42,562 nucleotides of DNA from Octopus bimaculoides. Lineage: Eukaryota. The stretch spans positions 18,250,853 through 18,293,414 of the forward strand of contig NC_068988.1 in NCBI RefSeq assembly GCF_001194135.2. The letters are read 5' to 3'. Both the position numbers and the translations under genes were made by a program. Positions 21,910-34,142 of this stretch are shown piece by piece (position 1 is the first letter of the stretch; each line of letters starts with the position of its first letter). The notes beneath the pieces were generated by a model. It had not been told where the DNA came from. It did no database searches and worked only from the letters and a program-made list of their open reading frames with translations.

Positions 21910-22334
21910 CTCTTTTACTCTTTTACTTGTTTTAGTCATTTGACTGTGGCCATGCTGGAGCACCGCCTTTAGTCAAGCAAATCGACCCCAGGACTTATTC
22001 TTTGGAAGCCTTGTACTTATTCTATCGGTCTTTTTTGCCAAACCGCTAAGTTATGGGGACATAAACACACTAGCATTGGTTGTCAAGCGATGTTGGGGGG
22101 AACAAACACAGATACACACAGATACACACAGATACACACACACACACATATATATGTATATACATATATACGACAGGCTTCTTTCAGTTTCCGTCTACCA
22201 AATCCACTCACAAGGCTTTGGTCGGCCTGAAGCTATAGTAGAAGACACTTGCCCATGATGCGGTGCAGTGGGAATGAACCCGGAGCCATGTGGTTGGTAA
22301 GCAAGCTACTTACCACACAGCCACTCCTGCGCCT
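21910..22334 (-). mobile_element. SINE family B, full length
   Basis: Head AGGCGCAGGAGTGGCTGTGTGG, internal (TA)/(TG) tract, tail GTAAAAGAGTAAAAG. Confidence 0.92.
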
Positions 22335-22619
22335 AAATATATTAACAAATGTGTTTGTGTTTGTATCTGTGTTCACGTTTTTGTTTTATTAGCATCGATA
22401 TTATTTAATATTTTCTTAACTTGATTCAGGATGATGAACTAGTATTCAAATAGAACTCAATACATAATAGTAATACTAATAAAATGCACACATACACACA
22501 CACACAGGGCTAAAAATGAATTCATACATATATTTATATATACATATAATGTAGGAAGGGCATTGGCGTTAGGAAGTGCATCCAGCCATAGGAATCATAC
22601 CAAAACAGACACAGAGCTC

Positions 22620-22745
22620 GAACAGCCCTTCAGCTGGTCAGGCTATAGTAGAAGGCACTTGCTCAAAGGGCATGTTGTGGACCTGAACCTGAAACCATCT
22701 GGTCAGGAAGCAAACTTCTCAGCACACAGCCACACTTGCACCTGT
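22620..22745 (-). mobile_element. SINE family B head, decayed
   Basis: GGCTATAGTAGAAGGCACTTGC..CACACAGCCAC. Confidence 0.7.
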
Positions 22746-22799
22746 TAAAAAAAGTCGCTTCCACTGTTGTTATTATTATATTTAACTTTATATAACAGC

Positions 22800-23072
22800 A
22801 ATGCCAGTGCCAGCGGCATATAAAAAGCCCCGTTTGAGCATGATTAAAGTCAGTGTCACCTGACTGGGTCTTGTGCCAGTGGCACATAAAAGCACCCACT
22901 ACACTCTTGGAGTGGTTGGCGTTAGGAAGGGCATCCAGCTGTAAAAACCTTGCCAGAACATATTGGAGCCTGGTGCAGTTTCCTGGCTTGCCAGTCCTCA
23001 GTCAAACTGTCCAACCCATGCTAGCATGGAAAACTGATGTTAAACAATGATGATGAGGATGCTGATGATGAT
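22800..23072 (+). mobile_element. SINE-like family C
   Basis: AAAAGCACCCACTACACTC..GTGGTTGGCGTTAGGAAGGGCATCCAGC..CCAACCCATGCTAGCATGG..(GAT)n. Confidence 0.88.
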
Positions 23073-23662
23073 ACACATATATATATATATATATCTAATA
23101 TACATATAGATACATGTATATATATTGGAGATGGATATTAAATGAAAATGATGCTGCATACATATTTATATGCATACATGTATATATACATACACATATA
23201 TACTTACACTCACAGACATACACATGTATAATTATATAAGACATTCTATCTGCCTATACATCAGTCTATCAAATTATGAAACACCTGTCTATACCCTTTG
23301 GATAGTTTATGCATCAGTAAGCTTATAACCCTTCTACATGTATGTCAGTCTTTTAGTATGTTTACCTTTGATAACCTATCATTCAATGTGTATAACAATA
23401 TCTATCATTCAATATATATATCAATATATTTGTATGTCAATCTAATTGTCTATGTGTCTTCCGTACCTTGTAATCTTCATTTTCCTTGTGTGTGTGTGTG
23501 TGAGTGTGTGTGTGTGTGTGTGTGCACTTACGTCACAGGTATGCATCTGTATGTTTGTGTTATTATATACTCGCATCTGTGTTTGATGTCAACCAACCCT
23601 TGTCGAATTATCTGCTTTATGTGGTTATGTGTATATGAAGGTTTGTCACTATCTCATAGGTA

Positions 23663-23828
23663 TCTTTTGCTCGTTTCAATCATTAAACTGTGTCCATGCT
23701 GGAGTGCCATCTTGAAGAATTTTAGTTGAATGAATTGACCCCAGTACTTATTCTTTAAAGCCTGGTACTTATTCTATTGGTCTCTTTTGCCAAACTGCTA
23801 AGTTATGTGGACATAAACACTGCCACAT

Positions 23829-23862
<34 letters not shown>

Positions 23863-23995
23863 CTGACAACCTTTTTCAGCTTCTGTCGACCAAATCCACT
23901 CACAAGGTCAGCCCAAGGCTATAGTAGAAGACACTTGCCTAAGTAAGATTGGACTTCTTTGGGAAGCAAATTTCTTATCACACAGCCATGCTTGT
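23663..23995 (-). mobile_element. SINE family B, decayed, internal (CA)n
   Basis: GACCCCAGTACTTATTC..AAGCCTGGTACTTATTC..GCTAAGTTA..(CA)n..CAAATCCACTCACAAGG..GCTATAGTAGAAGACACTTGCC. Confidence 0.85.
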
Positions 23996-24420
23996 GTTAT
24001 TTGCATATTTGAGTTCACACTTGTCTTAAGGTGTAAGTGATTATGCGTACATGTGTGTATTTGGGTGTGTGTATATGTATGTGTGTGTGTGCATGTGTGT
24101 TTGTAGTTCTGTTATAAATGTGATTATGTGTGAATGTGAATACATTAGCATGTATGCTACTATTGTAGATTTGTGTATGTTTGTTTATTATTGTCATTCT
24201 CATTTAGCCCCAGGCCAACCATGATTGAGTAGATCACTGATGTAATGCATTCCAGTTATGATAATGCTGTCTCTTTGCAGAACTCCTTTTTTGCCAATTG
24301 ATCAAATTAGGCATGAATAAATTATGCTATCGTGATGAAGTTCATTAAGAGCAACACATGACAATAGTTATCCTTTTGCTAGTAAACAAATATCAGAATT
24401 TTCTTTTAGGATACTCTGTA

Positions 24421-24831
24421 CTCTCTTTTACTTGTTTCAGTCATTTGACTGCGGCCATGCTGGAGCACCGCCATTTGTCGCGCAAATCGACCCCCAGGAC
24501 TTATTCTTTGTAAGCCTAGAACTTATTCTCTCGGTCTCTTTTGCTGAACCGCTAAGTTACAGGGACGTAAACACACCAGCATCGGTTGTCAAGCGATGTT
24601 GGCGGGGACAAACACAGACACACAAACTTATACACACACACACATATATATACATATACATATATACGACGGGCTGCTTTCAGTTTTCATCTGCCAAATC
24701 TGCTCACAAAAGCTTTGGTCGGCTCGAGGCTATAGTAGAAGACACTTGTCCAAGGTGCCACGCAGTGGGACTGAACCCGGAACCATGTGGTTGGTAAGCA
24801 AGCTATTTACCACACAGCCACTACTACGCCT
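24421..24831 (-). mobile_element. SINE family B, full length, young-looking
   Basis: All modules present, many CpGs retained. Confidence 0.92.
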
Positions 24832-25149
24832 CGGAGTGTAAATTTATTTTGAGTAATGAAATTTTAGTTTCTTCTACACTTATAGAACTGCCAATATTTG
24901 CAGCTAGTTTTTGTTGTTTTCCTTCGCCAATTAAAAGGGAAATTTTAATCGAAAACTTTTGCTGTACTTCATTAAGTACATTACCCATTAACTTACCTAG
25001 ATTCAAGTCATTAGTCCACTTGTGTTATTCCCCTTTGGTTATTTTATTTATTTATTTTTCCAATTTTGCAAACAAAGATAATGAGTGAGATCAAACTTGT
25101 GGTTATCTGTCCATTTCATTCAGTTTAGAATGTTAAATAAAAGTTATTT

Positions 25150-25390
25150 CATCATCATTATTAATATCCGTTTTCCATGCTGGCATGGGTTAGACAGTTT
25201 GGCTGGAACTGGTAAGCTGGGGAGCTGCATCACATTCCAGTCTGATATAGCATGGTTTTTACAGCTGGATGTCCTTCCTAATGCCAACCACTCTAAGAAT
25301 GTAATGGATGCTTTTTATGTGCCACCAGCATGGATGTCATTTACATGACATCAGCAACGGCCACAACTATGATTTCACAGGTTCCATTTA
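25150..25390 (-). mobile_element. SINE-like family C, decayed
   Basis: CATCATCATT..TCCGTTTTCCATGCTGGCATGGGTT..CAGCTGGATGTCCTTCCTAATGCCAACCAC. Confidence 0.8.
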
Positions 25391-25564
25391 CATGACACCG
25401 ACAATAGCTACGGCTATGATTTCATCTGGCCTGAAGAGTCTTTTCAAACACTATTGTTTGGTCTTGATCACTTTCTAAAATTCGAAATATCTTTCTAGAA
25501 AATATCAAGTTTAGGATCATACTCTTTATTATTAAGGGCATGCTGGTGTCCTTAATAAAGATTT

Positions 25565-25765
25565 CAAATTTTGGCAAAGGACTAACAGTTTTTGAGGAGA
25601 GAGGGAAGTTGATTACATTGACCCCCAGTTCTTGACTGACACATATTTTACTGACCCCGAATGGCAAAGTCAACCATAGTGGAATTTGAACTCAGAACAT
25701 AATGATAAGCAAAATGCCATTAAGCATTTTTCCTACTGTGCTAATGATTCTGCCTACTCACCTTC
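25565..25765 (-). mobile_element. SINE family D
   Basis: GATTACATTGACCCCCAG..GACCCCGAATGGCAAAGTCAAC..GGAATTTGAACTCAGAAC. Confidence 0.75.
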
Positions 25766-25874
25766 TTACACCCATGTCTTCAATAATAAAATTTTTATTG
25801 TGTTTGTTTTCACATTTGTTAACAGATTTTCTCTCTCGAGTTGTTAAATCACTTTTTCATTTATTGTATTTGTC

Positions 25875-27840
25875 TAGACAAAGTGATTTACAGCTCTTCT
25901 GAGACCATTAAGATTGACACAGTTACTGTTCCTCTTAAACAGTTGCAAGTCAATGGTCACAGGAAAATACTGAGCTGAAAAATAATACATGATAAAGGAT
26001 GTTCTAGAGAGGAAGAATTGGGTCTGATGATTAATGCAAGGGGTGGACACAATGTGGATGATGGGAGAATATAGATGAATCAAGTATACTTGAGAGAATG
26101 AGACACAAGACTAATGGGCAAAGAGAATCAGAACCACTGTAGTAGAAGAAGCAGAGAGGGAGGAGACAACAGATTTGTACTTTCGATGTTAGAGTGTGTT
26201 GATGAATGATCTGTACCAGTCAACTTATTTTTAACATAGCTCTTTGGATCTGGCTTCGTAAAAGCCATATTGGTAGTCATGAAGAAGGAAGAGATATTGA
26301 AAGTGTTGGAGAAGGTTGTTGTTATTGGTTAACTACCATTACTTTTGAGAAGCTGAAAGTGAGTGTGATAGGATGAAAGAAATACATCAACATACCTCAC
26401 AATGGTGTGATCTTATTGGAAGCCATCGATATAAAAGATGACAGGCATATGGAGCCCATAGGTGATCAGTTTTGTGAAGAGATATGTATGACACACACAT
26501 AAGTGTTTTGCTAAGGTTTTGTGTATAATCAACAAATTCTCTTAAAGTGAGAACCCACTGGAGAATGACAAGGACTCCTACAGATATGGCTTCATGAAAA
26601 CCATACAAGTAACCATGAAGAAAGAAGAGATATTCAAAATACTGAGGAAGGTTGTTGTTAATGGCTGTTTCCATTACCTTTGAGATATTGAAAGTGAGTG
26701 TGATGGGATGACAGTTAGTAGGATCAGAGGGGTTTTCCTTGTGCATGTAACACATTACAGCATCTTTCTAAAGATTGAGACATATCTCTGAAGATAAGAA
26801 GCAATTGAAAAGTTTGGAAAATTTCAGAGATGACTCTTCAATACATTATTTGATGGTAATAGAAGAGATGTTGTCAGAGTGTGATATTGTTGGTTTGAAA
26901 TGACTGGAGGTGCTTTGGTACTTAACCGTGTATCTGCATATGATGGGGAACTGAGTAGAGAGAAAGAAATTAATTCAGAGATTTACTTGGTGTGTGCAGT
27001 GTAGAGTAGGATGTAAAGTGGACAGTAACTTTTAGAAGTGTCATGTTTGAGAAATGGGGTGAAAATAGATTCATCAGAATTGGTAGTCACTTTGGTAAGA
27101 GACTGAAAGGAGGTGCAGTTCGAGAGATGCAAAGCTTGCAGGCTGTGCAATGCAAGGAACATCCTTCAAGTTTCATATGATGATCATATAGGAGTTGCTA
27201 GGTAAAAGCCATAAAACTTGTTGGGGCAAATTATTATTTTTGAGGCAAATTTTTCCAAGTGTGCAGGTTATGTTTTTACTCAAGTTGCTGCAAAACTGCT
27301 ATGAATTAACTATTTGGACAACTTGGAACTGTGTTTTGATCGTGTATGGGTTATGGAGGGACATGCCTAAATGGATCGTTTAAGTCACCTGCTTAGCTGT
27401 TTCAGACAGATAAGAGGGTGGTGCACATATTTCGTTGGATAGTAAATATACAGCTCGGTGAGCTTTGATCAGTCACCTCACATGAAATGTCATAGGATCA
27501 GAGAGGTAAGAAAAACATTGTGAATATGTGTTGGGTACTTGTAATAAAGCAGAGGTAGTTGACATGAAAAGCCATAGAGACTGTGATGGTCTGGTAAAGT
27601 TTAATTTTAGTCTAGAGGTGAGAAAGAGTTCTAAAGGTGTTTGAAGTGTCTGAGTGTGTATGCAAGGAATATGTATAGGGATGAAACTAATAGATGTACA
27701 AATTTGAGAAGTGAGAAAGGCTTCTTCCCCAATGATCATTATGGAATTATTTTCAAAACCAGAGAGAACTGAAAATATTGGGGTGACTTCAGAGAAGGAT
27801 GAAGTAAGGTAGAGTCCTTGAGTAGTTGTTAAGAGTTCCG
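25875..27840 (-). mobile_element. Decayed CR1/L2-like LINE: EN remnants, RT N-part (duplicated), 3' end
   Basis: TPLELFLTS (EN), KENPSDPTNCHPITLTFNISKVME..YLYGFHEAIS, LITYGLH, second copy HPITLTFSFSKVM..HDYQYGFYEARS, C-terminus FPVTIDLQLFKRNSNCVNLNGL. Confidence 0.8.
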
Positions 27841-28574
27841 TGAAGTAGAGAAAGCAGTTATACTTATAAAGGTAGTAGACAGGGACTTCAAACTAAAGTT
27901 ACTGGAAGTTTTTTTTTTTTTTTTTTGTTAATATCCAGTTGAATGTGTTATTTATATTTGGATTTTATTTTGATTATTTTTAATGCATATTTTGTATTAA
28001 ACAATTTTAAGAAAATTATTAAGAGATCGACTCTATTAAAACTGTCTATAGTATCACTAATCACATTTTCTGAAAACTTACATGTGAATTAAGTAACATG
28101 AATGAAACAATAAATCAAAATATATATCTCTGGAAAAATGAATTTAAATACACATTTCTGTCACCTGGGAATCCTTTAGAATATTATTTAAAAGCTGTCT
28201 GGAAATTGTTTAAACAAATTCTTTGGGAAATTTTTGTTCATATTTTCTCATGAAAACAATTTCTCTTTCCCTATAGACTAGGTGCCAATCACCAATAGTT
28301 TAAAATCATTTGGTCTGTCAAACAGTAATTCAGTTCACTTCATTTCTTCTATTGCAATTACCGCAGTCTCTTCTTTAAATTTACTGATTATATTCTCCCC
28401 ACCTCCACTTAGTTGATATGCATCTCTTTCTTTTTCTTGTTCATTTATCATTTCAACTGCCTTACATAACATCTCAGTGATTCTCTAATTCTATACTAAG
28501 AATATTTAGGTTTATACATGTTTATTTAGCTGTTTGACTGCTAATTCTTCAGCAAATTAGAAGTTTCCGCTTAC

Positions 28575-28627
28575 ACTGAAGGGGTTCAGTAAACGTGAAA
28601 CATGTCTGGAGTTGTCTCCCATAGTTG
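28575..28627 (-). CDS. Candidate exon (53 nt) NYGRQLQTCFTFTEPLQ
   Basis: Acceptor TTTTTTAAATCAG, donor AGT/GTAAGC; phase-compatible with 28779-28860. Confidence 0.4.
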
Positions 28628-28778
28628 CTGATTTAAAAAATTACATTGGTCAGCAACTAATACTAGTGTATTTCATATCTGATTTTATTCTAACATTTTC
28701 ATATTCTATACATTAAATATGTTTCCACCTACTCTAACTAATACTTCATTCTTTGAACTGATCTTTCTAGAACCATAC

Positions 28779-28860
28779 CCACGCTTGTCTGCCTGCAAAT
28801 CACTGACTGACAATATATCAGACAGAACACTTATAGCGCTAGCTATCTGTATGTTCAAGT
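28779..28860 (-). CDS. Candidate exon (82 nt) LNIQIASAISVLSDILSVSDLQADKR
   Basis: Acceptor ACTTTTCTTAG, donor TGG/GTATGG; single open frame. Confidence 0.45.
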
Positions 28861-29144
28861 CTAAGAAAAGTTTTAAAGTATTATGAGCATCACATCTTCT
28901 GAAAATGATAAATCAGCATGAAAATCCATACAGAAGCTTATGATAGTCATTATAATAGCTTTGCAGTTAAGCAAAGAAAAGCATATATAAATGTTTATCT
29001 ATTTAATAAAATGTTTGTAGCTATAACTCAAAATATTTTAGGCCTTTTCTATCTGTTTAATAAAATATTGGGAGTATTATCTTAAAAAAAGGAAATTAAG
29101 AGACTGATGTGCTTGTACCTTTTTTATGAGCTTCAGCAGCATAC

Positions 29145-29197
29145 TTGAAACAACAAACTCAAACTTAAACTGTTTCATGTTATTAGTACTATGAGAC
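29145..29197 (-). CDS. Candidate exon (53 nt) SHSTNNMKQFKFEFVVS
   Basis: Donor CAA/GTATGC, weak acceptor ACATTAAG; phase-compatible with 28779-28860. Confidence 0.3.
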
Positions 29198-29994
29198 CTT
29201 AATGTAGTGTAAGGGCTAGATATTTTGTCTTGTAAAAACCCAGTGATATCTTAATGATTACTATATTTAGTATTAGTCCCTAATCTTTTATCTGAAGCAA
29301 AAGATCTTTCAAGACAATTGTGAAAATGCTTGATTACTGTTAACCATTTCATACTTTTTCTCGCTTTCTCATGGTTTGAAAGTTTATAGTTTAAAACTTT
29401 ACCATTCTATAAATACCACTTACAGATAATAATCAATGACCTGTACATAATTTTATTTACTAAATGTATTATAAGTGAAGTACCAACCATCATTGATGCT
29501 TTTAGCATCCAATATGTCATAATAGTTTTGCTCATGGCACCAAACGGTGTGTATAGCTTAAGTCAGTAGAGATGTATATATCAAAGCATTTCTTTATGGA
29601 TGGGTTAAATCATTATTGCAATTATTAGAGAGATGGATTATGAGTAAATTGAATTATAAAACTAGTAAACATATGCCTAGTAATTAGTTTAGTTTTGTTT
29701 ATTTTTGTTTGATTTATGTTCATTTATTATGCTACTTTAGGTTGGGTAGGTACTTGTTTGAAGCAGTATTTTTACAACCAGATACTTTTTCTACTGTCAG
29801 CATTTTACTGGTTTGCAAGTGAGGGAAATTTATCCCACACATTCAACAGTACAGAGTTTATAATGTTTCTCTAGAAATGAAAATATGGCAACTACATTTT
29901 TCACTCAAATGATCTCATATGAGAAATGGAGAACTTTCATGCTCACACACATGCACGCACATACACACACCTATATAAACACAAACTCGATGCG

Positions 29995-30110
29995 CCTCCA
30001 TGCAGTTTCTTTTTGTCAGCTTTATTCACAAGGCATTAGTTAGCCCAAGGCTGTAGATGACACTTGTCCAAGGTGCCATGCAATGATTACAAAACAAGCT
30101 TCTTTATTAA
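29995..30110 (-). mobile_element. SINE family B head remnant
   Basis: TTCACAAGGC..CCCAAGGCTGTAG..GACACTTGTCCAAGGTGCCA. Confidence 0.65.
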
Positions 30111-30175
30111 ACATTTTCTGAGCCTATGTATTCTTGAATGTGGGTATATATATGAATGTATATATAAGCATAAAA

Positions 30176-30247
30176 CAAGGTTAAATCAAGGTTAAATGAT
30201 ATCATTTTAACCTTGACTTAACTTTAAGTCAAGGTTAAAATGGTATC
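30176..30247. repeat. Compound overlapping palindrome
   Basis: 24-bp arms 30198-30221 and 30224-30247 with one mismatch; second palindrome centred on GATATC 30198-30203; direct repeat CAAGGTTAAAT x2. Confidence 0.95.
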
Positions 30248-30924
30248 AAAAATTAATCTTTTGTCTCGTTTGTTGTTTGATGTCTGATGACGCTAACTCC
30301 TCCATGTCAAGGCTTCATTCACAGGTGATTAAAGGAGAATATAATTATTCTCTTAGACTTCAGTGTTGCTGATGAAGCTTAACTTATGTTTGGTGAAAAG
30401 TATAAAATACTCTGGCTTGCTCTAAGATCTAAATTTGGTGCGACTCTCAAGAGTTTTGTCCAGAAAGAATATGTTTCAATATTCAAGCCAATAAGGAGTC
30501 TTTTACATGGTCACTTCACCTGCTAGAAATTGCAAGCACTTTGAGTTTTCCTTACATCATTTTTATTATCTTCAAATAAAGGGACACATTGGATAGTATA
30601 GTTGTAGAAACTCTATGCCTTAGTTGAAATTACTTTCATCATAGGTCAGCTCAATTCAGGACAGACTTAGGATTAAGTAACATTATAATTTAAACATTGT
30701 GATATATTGTTGCTCAGAATAGCAATATATGTATCATACCTAAAGCAGATGCATCATTGAAAGCCTTATAAGCTGCAGTATTTGACTTGCTGATAATGAA
30801 TATTATAGTTAATTCTCCAGCTTTTGCTTTATTTAACATAATTCTTCAAGTAACTCTCAAATAAATATTATCAATTCACAATAATTACACAATTATTCAA
30901 TGTTTATCATTTCTTCATGTAATC

Positions 30925-31165
30925 ATCAACATCATTATCATCATTGTTTTAATGCCCATTTTCCAATGCTTGTATGGGTCAGACAAAGTTTATTGAGGCA
31001 GATTTTCTACACACAGATGCTCTTCATGTCACCAAACCTTACATGTTTCCAAGCAAAGTAATATTTCAATATTTCCCCATAGCAAGACATGTTTGCACAG
31101 AATACTGAAAATGAATGGCATTCATTTACAACAATCGTACAATGTCAAGACAAGTTGACACAAAA
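30925..31165 (-). mobile_element. Family C-related repeat variant
   Basis: Shares ends with 5641-5790; TTTTCTAC..CAGATGCTCTTC..GTCACCAA core. Confidence 0.6.
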
Positions 31166-31178
31166 ATGCACACACTGA

Positions 31179-31219
<41 letters not shown>

Positions 31220-31629
31220 ACTCACACACACACACACTCACATTCTTACATATAATTATATATAGCAGTAGTAATATCATGCAAACTGAATTATACCAGC
31301 TTAATGTTTCTGTTGATTAGTGAATTTTTTCAAAGATAAAATTTGTATGTATTTTCTTCTGTAATTTTCCTTTAGCAAATGCAGTATCAAAATGATAATG
31401 ATCCAATATCTTATTAAAAGTTTAATGATCAGTTTTCTGAAACTCTAATAATCCTCTATTCATAATAGCAAATAAAAATAGACATCCAAGGCTACTTTGT
31501 ATTGGGTGTCTTATTAAGGAGGTATTCAGCTTTTGGTTGCTATCTGCTATCCAATTTGATATGAACAATATCTGAATGCTTCCAATCAAGTGGAAGCCTG
31601 TTAAACCAAATTCATTTTTAACTATTGTG

Positions 31630-31706
<77 letters not shown>

Positions 31707-31783
31707 ATGCATATATGTATGTATACATACATATATATGCACACATGTATATACACACACATATATACACTCATGTATACATA

Positions 31784-31826
<43 letters not shown>

Positions 31827-32799
31827 GAATGTATAATTATTATAATCATAATTTTCATTTTCTTTTTATATTGATATATAATGTAGCAATGTAGCATATC
31901 TCTATGTTCCTTTCAACCGCTCTTAAACTTTGAATCCCAGCCCTTATACTATACCTAATCAATATAAATACTTAAGTATGAAAATATATCTTTGTCTATA
32001 TACTTTGTTTGGATTACAAAATTATTGTATGCCAGAAATTTCAAGACCTGTTGGCATTTGGAAATAATTTGTTTCAACAGAATTCATGAAATTTAAGTTT
32101 AAAAATACTATGAATAACTAGTTCTTTGAAAATATAGTAGTAGGTTGATTTGTTATCTTATACATAATCATGAACATGTATTATATTTTGGTGGAACTTC
32201 AGTGCAAAACTCCTGTACATGTAAATGTTCCCTGCTTGTGTTTTATAATCTTATTTAAAGTAGTTTCCTATGGCTTTATTTTGTATTAGCAGAAAGATAC
32301 ACTATGATGGCTTCATATTGCTTTTTTTCAGGTAGGCATGGAATCTGGGATTTGTTTGGCATGTAGGTAATAGAAACTGTGACATTTTTGCTTAATTCAG
32401 CAACAATTATTTATGTAAATGAAGTAAAATACTTACAACTAGTAATCAAAAGATGGGCTCATGCTGACATAATTTCATCACTGTCATTTTATTAATCTGT
32501 TATGCAATAGTAATAGTATGGAGCATGTGCTGTAACAGCGCATAATTGCATCTACCATTTGTTGGTGATACCCTACTCCTGGCGGCTGACACCTTTGCAC
32601 CACTCAGGTGACACCCCTGTAATCTGGTGGCCATTCCAATTTCATAAAACACTCACTAGCAATGACTCACAGTTTGTTATGAAAGAAGCCCTATTCATGA
32701 AATATCCGTGATGCATGTTTTAATAATTTTATTCAGGTTCTAAGATGTTCGTTTGGGCAAAACTTGTTGATCGTCATATTTAGTTGTGGTGCTTTACAT

Positions 32800-32945
32800 T
32801 CTAGATTTCAAATTCTGCTACGGTCAATTTTGTCTTTCATCCTTCCAAGGGTCTATAAAATTAAGTATCAGTCAAATCATGGAGTTGCTCTTAATCAATT
32901 ATGTCTTCCCTAGAATGTGTGACCTTAACTTTGTGTTGAAAGTAC
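32800..32945 (+). mobile_element. SINE family D, decayed
   Basis: TTCAAATTCTGC..TTTCATCCTTCCAAGGGTCTATAAAATTAAGTATCAG. Confidence 0.65.
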
Positions 32946-34142
32946 CATTGAATAGTCAAGATAAGGATGATAGTGTTACTGAAGCAGCAATGAGTTTGTA
33001 TATTTTGATATGATTTTAACTGCAATAAATTCGAAAACCACTTCCTTATCATTCAACACTGATTGATGATTTTTCTTCTAATTCACTTACATTATTTTGG
33101 ACAGCAAAATTTAGTCTGGGTCATTGAATAAAACTTATAACACGCTGATAAAACTTATAACACACTTGATCTAAGATTCAAAATTATCCAAAATTCAACA
33201 CATATCGGTTTGCATCCTCTTCAAAGATTATATACAGATTTAGGATAATGCTTTAATCCTAAAGAAATATTTTGCACTTTTAGCAGTCATGAGTTTATGT
33301 ATAATTAAGACTTAAAGATATCATATTTCTAGGAGAATTTTTTGGAAGATGTTGAATCCTAGTATGTGTAATCAAGTGAATGCCCTAATTTGAGTGCTGT
33401 CCAGTTTCACTGGACAAATCTGAAATTAAATCATGGTGCTGTTCATGATGTTGTTCTAATTCCTTACAATAGTAGTTGCGTTATAGTGTTATTAAATAGC
33501 ATCAGACTCCCAAGATGGTCATTGTTGTTATAGTAATTGTTTTTCTATTACATTAGATGCGGATATCTAAACAAAAATTCTAGTATTAGTAGTTGATTAT
33601 TAATTGAATTTAAAGTTTGTGAAAGAATTGGCAGAAAGTCAGTGGGGAAGAGGAAAACAACTGAGTTGAATAGAGCATGTTTAAATTAAGGTATACAGAA
33701 TTCAATAGTAATTTTAAGAAGATATCATCATTAAAGCAGATATGGAATGGTCAGCTTTAATTCCAGAGGAATTGTTCTTGGTCTGATGTATCTGAAGAAC
33801 GTTTGCAGGTACTCTTAATAAAGTATTTATTCATTCATATGTCACAAACTTAGCTTTAATTTAATTTTCTGGAGACTGATGATGTTGTTAGAGAAAGAGA
33901 TTAACTGATAAAATATCAAAGATTTTTTTTTTGTTCAAGATCGATGTGATTAGAATAGGAAATCCAACTGAAAAATTATCTCAAAAATGTTTGTTTCCCC
34001 CCAAAATGGTTGCAACTGAGGTGCATTTTACTATGCCATGCCAGAAATCTCTGACACACGTCAGCTATGCTAGATCCTCCTGTTTCATGTTGGGTGTTTC
34101 TGTCATTAGCATTCAATGCAGTTGAGTGTTTTCTGTCTTCTA

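Noticed and set aside
115-27840. Minus-strand bias of LINE relics
   Set aside because: Six minus versus two plus (R4/Dong-like) is too few to be meaningful.
28622-28659. Inverted repeat TAGTTGCTGA / TCAGCAACTA as a miRNA hairpin
   Set aside because: Stem of only 10-12 bp, too short for a pre-miRNA. It does overlap the candidate acceptor at 28628.
32536-32619. GC-rich segment resembling a second hAT MITE
   Set aside because: TIRs match poorly and there is no 8-bp TSD, only CTGTAA on both sides.
33398-33416. Hairpin TGTCCAGT-TTC-ACTGGACA as a Helitron 3' end
   Set aside because: No CTRR terminus downstream; 8-bp stems arise by chance in 42 kb.
33767-33808. Plus-strand mini-exons (RNCSWSDVSEERLQ here; TLTFEVIEL at 40188-40216; acceptor at 34146)
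   Set aside because: Short, isolated, weak splice signals on one side; the 34146 site overlaps the better-supported minus-strand frame.
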